Part shown: in pieces, positions 51,261 through 62,257 of the stretch
How the letters are laid out: every line of letters begins with the position of its first letter
How positions within the stretch are numbered: the first letter of the stretch is position 1
NCBI GenBank assembly: GCA_026026165.1
Contig: JAPEUD010000007.1
Span: forward strand, 62,001 to 126,000
DNA from: Sarea resinae
Lineage: Eukaryota
Reading direction: 5' to 3'
DNA length: 64,000 nt
Program-made: the position numbers and the translations under genes
The notes under the pieces: generated by a model
Told to the model about the DNA's origin: nothing
Database searches by the model: none
What the model saw: the letters and a program-made list of their open reading frames with translations, nothing else

Positions 51261-52228
51261 TTATGCGAGGAAGACGGCGGCGATGGCGGCGAAACCGGCC
51301 ACGGCGAACGAGGAGCCGACCGAGCTGGCGGCACCAGTGAAAGCCGGGGGAGAGCTGGGGGAGACGGGAGTGCTATTGATTGTCAGTCTACTGTATATTG
51401 ATATTTGTTAAGAAAGACTTACCTGGTGTTCTTGGGGGCGCCGGGGTAGCCAGTTCCAGATGGGATCAGGCTGAAGCCAGCGCTGGGGGTGGCAGTGTAG
51501 ACGGGAGCGACCGATGAGGGAGCAACGGGCTTGGGGGTGCCAGTCACGGTGACGGTCACGGTCGAGGCGGCGCAGCTGGCGGGGCAGACGGCAGCGGGAG
51601 CAGATGAAGCGGGAGCTGAAGCAGCGGGCGAAGAGGCTGGAACGACCGGGGCCGGGGTGCCAGAGACCGAGGCGGACTCAGCGGGGGCAGATGACGGAGC
51701 TGGGGCCGGGGCCAAAGGAGCGGGAGTGCCAGAGGGCGCAGCCGATGAAGAGGCCGGGGCAGACGAAGCCGGAGCGGAAGCTGGGCCAGACGAAGCCGGA
51801 GCAGATGAGCCCGGGGCGGAAGCCGGGGCAGAGGTAGGAGCAAGAGGAGCCGGGGTCGATGACTCGGCGGGCGAGGCGGAGCTCGACTCTGGGGCCGGGG
51901 CTGCCGGGGAAGCCGGAGTGCTGGAAGCGGCCGGGGCGGCGGAGCTGGACGAGGCCTGCTCAGATGCGACGGAAGCAGCAGAGGCGGAGCTGGCGCTCTC
52001 GGGGCAGAAGGTGGTTGAGCTGGTGACTTCCTCAGTGGAGGTCAGGGTGGCCAGAGGGGTGGTCGAGGCAGCGACGGGGGCGACGCTGGTGGAGTGACGG
52101 GCGGGGCAGCTGGTCACCTCTGGTCCGCAGGAGGTGATGGTGTCGATCTCAGTCGAGAGGACGGTGTCGGTGACTTGGCCGAGAACGGCGGTGGCAAAGA
52201 GAGCCGCGGTGGCGATAGTGAAACGCAT
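51261..52228 (-). CDS. GPI-anchored Ser/Ala/Pro-rich cell wall protein, 2 exons
   Basis: Signal peptide MRFTIATAALFATAVLG, TITSCGPEVTSCPA, low-complexity body; after a GTAAGT..CTGAC..TAG intron the final exon encodes a GPI signal PAFTGAASSVGSSFAVAGFAAIAAVFLA. Confidence 0.88.
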
Positions 52229-55200
52229 CTTGAAATATGGATTCGTGAAAAACCGAAAATTGTCTTTAAAAAGGGTTCGTTGGGGTGGTTGAAATTAAAA
52301 AGGTCGGTTGATGTTGACCAAGAGAGTGTCTTTAGTTGGTTTATTCAAAAGAATGTGATGACCGAAGTCGAGAGTTTAGATACAGCAGCGAAGACGAAGA
52401 GTTTGCTTGCAGTACGAATAGAAGGAAGGAAAGGGAAGAAGATCGAGTGGTGAGGGTTGGGGTTGGTCTACATATAGGGAATGGGAGATTAACCGGGCAG
52501 TCAGAGAGGGAGATGGGCCATCGTATTGGCGGCGGTCAAGGGCTTGGGGCCCATGGGGCTAAGCAGCGGGACCCTGGTGACTGCGTGGACGCAGAGTGAG
52601 TAGCCCCAGTGAATTAGGGGAGGGGGGGGGATCAGAAGTATCTCCAGGGAAAGGAGAGTGCGCACGGTGACTCTGTCTGTCCAGATCATCCAGTGAATAG
52701 GGAGAGGGGAAGGGCATGGGTAACCACACTGGGTCGGTAGGGCTAGTGGGAGGTGGATGGTGGTGTCGAGACCGGTGTCAGGGACAGAGAAGGGAGACCG
52801 GGGTCCTGGTCTCCACCATGCATAGAGCAGCGGGACTAGCGGGCTGGCAAGGGTGCGCTGCTCTCCTCTGCAGTGCTCGACGGAGCGGGCCCCCCTTCCA
52901 TTTTGCAGTAGAGGCTTGATGTTCCTGGCGCGATGGCTGCAGGTACAGAGCTAGAGGCGCCGGGGTGGGCTGTCTACGAGCATGGAGGGCTTGATGGATG
53001 GAGCTGGAGGTGAGATGGAGGTGCAGGTCAGAAGCGAAGTTGAAGTACCAGAGAGCTGTAGGCCGGGCCAAAGTCCTGTGTGGACGAAGTAGCCAGCGGC
53101 ATGATGCGACATCAAGAGCATGGCGGTACGACCTCGACGGCAGGTCAACAGTGGCCTTCTAGAATGGACTGGTAGACCCTATGTTCTCCTACTCTACTAC
53201 CCACTCAGGTAGCATCCGTACAACGTAATTGGTATTGGATTCAAATTCCAGATTTACCAACATGGCCTCATCGGCCATATCAATGGATGTAGTCTACTCC
53301 GTCCCACGATGAATGATAGCGTTCTCGGTCGCTTTGTCACGAATACGACAATTACAGACGTCCACAGATCGGCATCTCTCTCGGACGACCTGCTCGTACT
53401 CGTCGACTGCGGCTTCGCAAGACCAAAGCAGCAGCTGCAGCGACACATCATCTGTCCCCGAAGTGGAAACGGAAATATGGGGAAGGGTTACCGGATCGGG
53501 CCTTAGTCAGGGGTTTGGTGGCTGCGAAGTCACCCATGCTGTCATTGTCATTGGGTCGAGTACGCAGGCGGTAAGTGAGGTCGTTAGTGGCAGGCCCTCG
53601 GCCAAGTGTCGTGGTTGGCTCAGGGCCGATACCCTCGAATCTCTCTGCTGCCAGTACGCAGGACGCCGTCCCTGAGGTGCTTGAGGTAAGGTATCCGGCT
53701 CGACGTGGCTTAGCGTCAGGTACGAGAGACAGACAGAGACACGACCGACACCCACACACGACACGACGACGACAGCCGGACACGACCCACCGCTGGCTAC
53801 CTACAGAGCACGACTGTCAGGGCCAGGAGCCGCTGCACTGATCTGATTGCTTGGTCGTTTGATAGCCATCGACTACTCATACTCGTAGTACTCCGTACTC
53901 GCCATTCCGCTCTTTACCCTCTTGAGCACTCCGATTGCTGATGATGTTATCGCTTGCTCGACCGTACGCCGTAGAGTACCCTACTTCTCCTGTTCATCAT
54001 CATTTCACTAAGCCAGACATCCTTCCTAGGCTCGTCTTCTGTCTTGGTCGAGTACCTTTCTCACTACTCCCCCTTCAGGAGACAGACGAGGAGATAGCAG
54101 AGGGTAAAAATAGAGCAGAGCCAGCAGATTGCAATCAGCCGGGCCAATCGAGATAACCCAGACCGAATGAAGATGGATTATTAGTTACTTTCCATTCGAG
54201 CATGTATTGCTCGACCTTTGATTCTCTGCGTATGGGCCTTTCCATGGTCATTGTTGTCCGCTTGCTCCCTTCATTATTTACCGACGAGCCGCCGAGTTCC
54301 CACGCACCCTCGCACAGACAGTACACTTCCCCGTTCTCCTTGTGCTGTGCTCTTTGTTATTTGCATACTCGGAGTGCATGATTGGAACACAACATCAAGG
54401 ACTCCGTCACTACGCGCATACATCCGACAGTAAGCCTCATCGTTTGGTCATCCGTTCGTTCCCTTGATGCGCGAATATTGGGGAACGTGGCAGTGCAACC
54501 ACACTGATGTTAGTCCGAGTACCTGTCTATTCGTACTCTGCTCCATACCAATCTGCTCGTACGAGCCCTTTCTGGTAAATGCGTACATAGAATCACAGCT
54601 CACATCAGTGTGGAGAAAGGTAATGCTCTCCGTCCATACATATCAGCAACGACCTGGATAGCTCACGAATGACGAGAATAATCCCTCCAGCAATCCCATC
54701 TCATTGTCTCTGCCATCCATAACGAGCACAAGCCACTTGTTATTCGCGAATTGTGGAAAATGTATTTTGGAGTGTTTCCTCACCGCGCATGGCGACATGC
54801 TTTCGAGCCGACTCCCTTACGGTACCTTTCTTACTCCTTCGTACTAGCGCCCCTTATCTAATCCCACTTTCATTATCCTTCGTTATCCTACCAGCCATGA
54901 ATCACGTCACGCACGTCACACCTCGACGGCCCACATCCTTTAATCTCGTGTGTTTGTGTGCGCGCGCCCGCCGCGCAGCGGAGTGGCTCCCGTACCTACC
55001 TAAACAAGCGTGTGGGGCATCAACCTAGAGCAGACCATCACCACCACCACCACCGCCGCGCGCCGTCTTCTTCTGTGTCTGCCGCTCGTTTGTCCGGCAT
55101 TGAGGAAACTCGTGTGCTTGAGCACTAGCACTGAGCTTGGTCTGGAGCTACCATTTCCGTGTGTGCTGGATTTTGTCGCGGAGCGCAAAAGGAATCCATC

Positions 55201-55663
55201 ATGCTAATGCTGGAGTTGCAATCGCCTCTGCAGCGGCTTCAACGCGTATGTTTTGACCCCGGCAGCTTCATCTGCAGGGACCGACATGATGCCGCGGCTA
55301 GAGGTTTCTCAGAGATTTCCTTTCAAGATCATCGTATCCACCGGTATTTATCCGGGTGATGGTCGTGGCAAGTAGTGACGACTTCAATGACGGATATATT
55401 CTTGACACCTGCTATTTACAATACCACTCATGATATCTAATTGCACAACTCTGGTGCCGATACCGCTTTGCTCCATAAATTGTCTGGTGCCTGGTTCAAC
55501 TTTTTCCTGTGATGTTTCTCAACGAGAAACGTCGCCATCTCCGCCTCACCCTGAAATCATGGACCATGGCGCCGCGTTGTTGCTCCTCGTACGAGATTCA
55601 TAGATGGATCTTCCGTCCTCCAAATTGTGGCGCCGCGGGTTTTGTCGCGCAGACTTATTGCTC

Positions 55664-56488
55664 TCACTGAGCAAATAGCTTCATCACCACGACGCTGACG
55701 GCAGCCGCAAGAGCAGCAACGACGAGCAGCTCGACATTCCGTCCCAGAGCAGGCGCATTGACCTATTGACAGAGAATCAGCACCACTTCCATCACCCTCA
55801 ACGCGCGCACCAAGATGCAGGCTATTCTGCAACTCACCGTCTCATCCGTGACGCCCCTCGGAACGGACTTGCTGTCCCGATCGACAACGTAATGTCTGGC
55901 GAAGAGATCATTTTGAATCCAAATCAACTTGTTGAACGACCTCAGCACGTTCTCCTTATCCGACGGCGCCAAGTCCTTGTTCTCCAGCACGACCTTTAGC
56001 ACCAGATCGACGACGAAGCCCAGCAGAGCGCTCATATGGACCAACTCGACCCGCAGCTCGGGCCTCTTCTCGCGGTGCTTGAACCCGGGCAGGCCCGTGT
56101 GCATGACGCCGACCGTGTCCAGATACTGCCAGAACTTGCTGTCGTCGGACCAGTCGGCGTTGCTGACGAGGCGCTCGAGGTACTTTTGCAGGAAGTTCTG
56201 CCGGTAGCGGATCTGGGGGTGGTCGAGCGAGAGGTCGGCCAGCGACTTGGGGGCCTCGCCCGAGAAGTCGCGCTGGCGCGGCACAAAGGCCTTGGCGGTG
56301 ATGTCGTAGTTGAGGAGGTTGGAGTAGACGGCGTCGAGGATGGTGCGCATGTGCAGGGCGATCAGCGGCTTGGCCGATTGCACGTTGGCGCCATCTTGGG
56401 CGGTGAAGGACAGGAAGTCTTTGAGGTAGTGGACGCGGGTCGGGAGGTCGTTGAGCGACGTCGGGGGGACGTTTTGCATCTTCGACAT
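55664..56488 (-). CDS. Protoglobin-type (sensor) globin, fungoglobin-like, with C-terminal hydrophobic tail; intron 55837-55763
   Basis: YLKDFLSFT..D..ILDAVYSNLLNYDITAKAF..RQNFLQKYL..FWQYLDTVGVMHTG..VELVHMSALLG..FNKLIWIQNDLFARHY match fungal protoglobin-domain proteins. Confidence 0.85.
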
Positions 56489-56671
56489 GGTGGCGGTGGT
56501 AGCGTAGAGGTGAGTAGAATGAAAAGGCGGTCTTGTTTTCGATGATGACGGCGGTGACGACGGCGACAGTCCAGATGTATCACTGAAGAGAGGGGAGGGA
56601 AGCAAAGCAGAGGTAGGTCGATGTGATATATATGATCAAGCTACATTCTGATTCTCGGATCCGTCCCCGTC

Positions 56672-56679
56672 TTTATATA
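56672..56679 (-). promoter_or_regulatory. TATA box (TATATAAA) about 185 bp upstream of the globin ATG
   Basis: Consensus match at a plausible distance, followed by a CT-rich leader. Confidence 0.55.
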
Positions 56680-58418
56680 TCCTGTGCCAACTCCACGGCG
56701 ACTCCTCTCTCCATGGCATCTCCGATCACCATCTCCAACCGACTCGGGGAAGCATCTGACAGCATAACTTAGGCTAGCATAGCACATCCACGGCCGTCCG
56801 TCCGTCCGTTCATTCGTTCGTTCGTATCCAAGACCCAAACGAAGGCCTTTTTTTTGGTCTCTCACCCCATCTGTCTGCACCGCTAGAAGTCAGTCCATCA
56901 TGACATGCCGTTTCCCCCTTCGTTCTTTCTTTCCTCGCCGTGCGTCCCGCGTCCGCTGTCCGCTGTCCGCTGTCATCGGATGGCGGCCGGCCGGGCGGTC
57001 GGGGGTGGGGCGGAGCGAGGCGGCAGAATCGCGATTCGACATCGACGTCCCGCACGCGAGACGAATGGGAGCGGCTGCATTACACACTCATGTAGCTCGT
57101 ACATCTCGGGCAGAGTATGGTAGTAAGAAGAAGTGGTGGTAGTAGTGGTTGTTAGTAGTAGAAGCACTGAGTCAGTCATTCCCGTCGCTCGATCCAGTCG
57201 AGTCAAGTCATGGATGTCATGTCATGTCATCAGCTCCACAGCAGTACTCGAATAAGAGAAGAGAGTAAGTAAGCAAGAGCGAGCGAGCGAGCGAGCCTCA
57301 GGGACATCCGTTTCGAAACGAAACGAAAAGAATAAAGGCCGCGGTGGTGTATTTCCGAGGAGATGCTTGCCAGAAGATATAGGTGGCTGTTTCTCCGTGG
57401 AGAAGGAAAGGGAGTAGAATTATATATGTAAAGTTGGCGCGTCGGGTGGTGCCCTAGGGTGTCCTAGGGCGTTGGGTGAGCAGGGCGGTGGGCAGTGGGT
57501 GATGGGTCATGGGCGGTGGTGGTGGTGGTGGTGGTCGGCTGTGGGGCACTAACATGTACGTACGAACTAAGTACACAGTACCTGCCTTACCGCGCAGTAC
57601 ATACCTAGTACTGTGTACTGTGTACTGTGTACTCGTACGACTTCGTGCTGAGAGGACCGAGGTTCGAGGTTCGAGGTTCGAGATATGAGGTATTACTTGA
57701 CTCGACTCTACTACTAAGGTACTATACCTTCGCGGCTTTGCATAGGTAAGGTAGATATATGTGTACAGAGAGAGAATAGAGAGAAAGGATGTCTAGATAG
57801 AGAGGTAGAGAATAGAGAACAGAGAGGTAGAAGGGTAGAGAGATATAGAGAATATCATAAGGGAGAGCGCAAAGAATCAGAACAAGAAAAGAATCAACAA
57901 AACTACAATTTAAAAGCAAACAAACTAAAGAGCTAGAACAAGAAAAGAGAAGGAGAGATAACTTCTTAGAGATCTCTTATACACATAGATCTCTCCTGCA
58001 AGGAAAAGAAATTAAAATCAAAGGAGAAGTTAAAAGTCAAATCCTGCTTCTGAGTGAAATATCTAGTCATTCTTTAAAAAGGGGTGAATCTGCAGGATTT
58101 TGAGGACTTTAAGGATATTTGTATTTGTTGTAGGTAGGTAGGTAGTAGAAAAGTAGGTGGCTAGACAGGTAGGTTAATCTATCTACCTTTATCTAGCGGA
58201 GCTATATAGATAGATTGAGTGTATTACTCAAGGAGTCACAGGTATTAAAATCATACGATTGATAGAAGAAATCAGTCAAAAGATGTGGGATATAGTTATT
58301 CAACTCTCGTAAAGGGAAAATCGAAATGATTAGATATCTATTCGGCTACAAGGGATCAAGGATCTGTAGGTCCTGTTGTTATTAAAGACCTTCCCCCCTA
58401 TCGTAGCGGACCTTCCTC

Positions 58419-60668
58419 CTATCGTAGAAGGCCTCCCCCCATGCCCTCCCGGACCCATCCCTCGATCCTCTCCGTCACGTCGGTCACCAATTTCTCGTAC
58501 GTGGCGCTGGGGAAAAATAAGCCGCAGTGCGCGCCCACCTCGTCGACGCCGTCCATGTAGACGCGGATCCACGTCGGGTCGCGGTTGCCGTTCGACTTGG
58601 ACGGCGTGATGCAGAATTTGCGGTCGCGTTTGGGCTTCGCTGTGGGTGCTGGGTCGGCTGTCGGTCGTGGTGGTAGTGTTGGTGGGGAAGAGGAGACGGG
58701 GACGGGGACGGAGACGTCGTCTTGGGGGTGGGACCGGGACGCCGCCGTCCCATCAGGCGCTGCTTGTCCTTGGAGAGGGGAGGGTTCTGCCATGGCTTCG
58801 GTCAGACGGTTTTGCTGGTGCAATCTCTCCGCCGCGCTCTGCTGCTTCTCCTGCTCTCTCTTGGCGCCTCTCTCCTTTTCTCGCGCCGACTTCTCCTCGT
58901 CCTTCTGGCGTCTCTCGCGCCCTTTCCGCGCTTCCTTGTCGCGCTTGCTGACCAGTTTCTCGCGGTCCCGGATGGATTTCTCGCGGTTTTTGACCGCTTG
59001 CGTGTACGCTTTCACCACACGCTTGTGTTCTTTCTCCGCCACTTTGAGGATGTCTTTATCCGGGTAGATTGACGGGTCAAAGACGTCGGGTTCTTCAGGC
59101 ATAGGTAGGATCGGGGGAAACGTGTCGGCAATCGACGCCGCTTCCGAGGATGGTGCGGGCCGAGTGGGTTCAGGACTGTTGTTTTCGGCTTCGACTTCCG
59201 TGTATGGCTCTTCGTCTTCTTCCTCCACGGGGGTCGGATCGAGCTGTACGAATTCCTGTGTCTGCCCGGGCTCATGACTTGCGGGCTCATGACTTGCGGG
59301 CTCAGACGGATCCAGTTCTGGCTCTGCGTCCTCCTCGTGGTTTTCGGTGTGATTGCCTTCATCGAGGACAGTGTGGTCGTCATTCATTTTCTCCTCATTT
59401 TTCGCGTGGCTTTGCGAGTGCTCTTCGTCTTCGACGAGACTCAAATTCTCGACTTGCTCGTGAACTCTCTCAGCAGCGTCTTGCGTCTGAGCATCTCCCT
59501 CTGCTTCTTCCGTGCGCGGTTTAGGTGGATCGATCTTTTTCGGCCTTCCAGAGCTTGCGGTATAGTAATTGACAAACCTTACTCTACGCCGTGATCGTGG
59601 CCCGCCTTGTTCGGCCGCCTTGACATCCTCGAGGGCTCGGATGCGAGAATAGCGAGTTTGCAGCCCCTTGTAGTCAGCCAAGCAGCCCCCGAATTCGAGA
59701 TGCGACACGACGTATTGCTTTGTTGCTCTCGTCAGACCGTCCGAGTGCTTGGTCACAAAATGAAGCACGCTGTCCCAGCCAGTCCTCTCGGGAGTATGGA
59801 GGTCGTTGGGGAAGGGCGGGTTGTAGTTCGGGTCGTACCCCGGCGATAAAGACGAGAGTCCAGAGTGGGAGGAGCCCAGAGAAGGCCTTGGCAAGTCATA
59901 AGTAGAACTGTCCATCGACCCGATCCCTGGACTCGGGCTTTGCACTTCGTACAGAGAGCTTGCGGTGCTGTTCTCGGCTTCGAGAAAGCCATCGGGATTC
60001 CGCGGTGGTTCTGGAGCGGGGCGGAAAATACTACCGATGCCGCTCCAAACCACGCCCGGATGCATGCCGAGGAACGGGGTGTCGAAATTGATGGTGCCGA
60101 GTATGCGATGGCGCAACGGCTGTCCCGTACTCAAAGCGTCGGGAGGAAGTAGGACCACCTCTGCCGAGAGGATGCCTCCCATGCTGTGACCGAGGAGTAT
60201 CACATCTGTATTCGGGGACTCATGAGGAGCAAGCCTAAGTTGATATCAGTACGAGAAAGCCAAAGGATCTCAAAAGGGTGTTGCATGCCATTTGCTAAAA
60301 TCATCTCGGGCAAAGTCTATCGCCTTCCTGGACTTGTATCTCGGATAGATCTTGGTGTGGACGAGGTGGGTATCAGCGAGCGTGGCAGAGACGAGACTGT
60401 GCACATGCGCGGGGAAGCTCTGGAAGCTCATCTCGTTCCCCAAAAAGCCATGGATATAGATCAGCAGCAACGTCCTCTTGCCGGCTCTCGAGCTCTCATC
60501 GGGCAGGATGGAACGGGTCGAGCGTGAAGAGGAAGCGGCGCGAGCATTGGACTGGCGTGGTGGCAGCGGAGGCCTTGCCGCCGGCTGCTGGCTCATGGCG
60601 TCCAGATACGATGGCGGGGCATCATGTTCGGTGCCCGCTCCCAGTGGAGCCTTGCTGTCTCTTGACAT
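58419..60668 (-). CDS. Lipase-like alpha/beta hydrolase (DUF676-like) with long charged insert, 2 exons (GC-AG intron 60288-60235)
   Basis: LLLIYIHGFLG, VILLGHSMGG nucleophile elbow, GTINFDTPFLG, RFVNYYTAS, MDGVDEVGAHCGLF. Confidence 0.87.
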
Positions 60669-62257
60669 CTTGAAGCTGCATACGATGTCAATGAGAGGGA
60701 TGTGAAGGTTTGGCGATGATTGCAATAGATTTCATCTACGGAGGGAGAATCGCATGGTTCTCTGACGTTTTGCACATGGACGTCGACGCAAGCTTGCCGG
60801 TGGTCATTCGCGTCGGTAGAGGGGCAAACCAGCTTGCTGCCGGCCAACGTCACCGTGCTTGACCCCATCGGTGTTCGCCAGTGAGATGGTGGAGAGAGCA
60901 TTTGATACCGCGTCAGACGTCAGGAAAAAGGATCAAATGGGGTTGGCAACGGCACTCTACGACTTTCCCATTGCATCGTATGGAGGACCCTGAGAAATGC
61001 GGTGACGTCGAATGGATAAGATCCAACAGACATGCTATAAATCGGATCTGCGGCATCGAAGATGCTCGATGCGACGCTCTTCGGACTGGGGGTGGCATGA
61101 AGCAATGAAGAAATCACGGCCATGTCTGCCATGTCTGCATCATCTACTACGTAGGACGTGCCGTGGTGGTGTCGTTGTGGCATCCCCATTGCCCGGACTG
61201 CATCACTTTTACTTCGTCCCGTCTCTCGTGCGACTTTCCACTCTGGATTCCGCCGTGATAGTAGAGAGAGAGCGCAATCTCGCTTGATTGCCCATTGCCT
61301 GCCCATTGCCTGCCCATTGCCTGCTTGCGTTAGTGGATCCGCCTTGGGATACGAACCCGCATGGAGACCCTGGACCCTGGAACGAGTACTGTGGACTTGG
61401 CCATCCATACAACCCGCACCGCACCGGGCCGTACTCGCGACCGGCTGCTCCGTTCATCATGCACATACCTTCCCGTCGCACTCGACTACAGAGTACCTTA
61501 CTCTACAGTACCAACGCCCTGCTACACAGTACAGGGTCTGTCCTCTCCTGTCGCTCGCTTTCGCTGGCACTACTCGACGGGGTCTGTACTACAGAACGAC
61601 CACAGACGACCGCCCCCTCTTGGTCGCTTGGCCGCCGGGCTGCTTGGCTATTTGGCTCTTGGGCTCGAGTCTCTCCCACGCCCGCCTTCACGACTCCGTA
61701 CGCACCACCACTCCACCACCGCCATCCTCACACGACCCGAGTCTCGACGACGCGTGGATGAGTCTAGATGCGAGAAGGGGGAAGAGAAGTCGATCATGAA
61801 CCGTGCTGGCAATTGACTATCCTCATCGTCTTGTTTGGCCGTCACCGTGTTCGGCATTCACTCCTTTAGCCCGTTCTGCTGCCGTCAATCGATCGAATCC
61901 TCTGAGGCTGGGCGACGATTGCGACCGCGTCCACTCTTTGATCGTGCCCTCCGCATTGACCCCGAGATCAATTGAGATCAGTTGAGATCAATCGAGAGGA
62001 ACCCGTCACTCTTTTGGCTCTGTTGTCCACGGCGACGACTCAGTCTTCTTGCTCCCCACCGCGATTCGGCCCAGAATCATCACGCTCTTTCCAACATCCC
62101 ATCCGACCTCCGCCAACCATCTGTGCGGCACCAAACGCCGGCACACTCCATTCATGCGACACCGTCATATCCGTCTCTTGCTCCATGAATTCTGATCGCG
62201 ACACGAACAGCCCTCGACATCAACTGCGACACGACGTCTTTCGCCGCGATCGGTGCA

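Noticed and set aside
51531..52097. Gly/Ala/Glu-rich plus-strand ORF
   Set aside because: Antisense of the low-complexity GPI protein.
5739..60668. Secondary-metabolite or other functional gene cluster
   Set aside because: No PKS, NRPS or terpene backbone gene; the transporter, hydrolases and TF are scattered among housekeeping genes.
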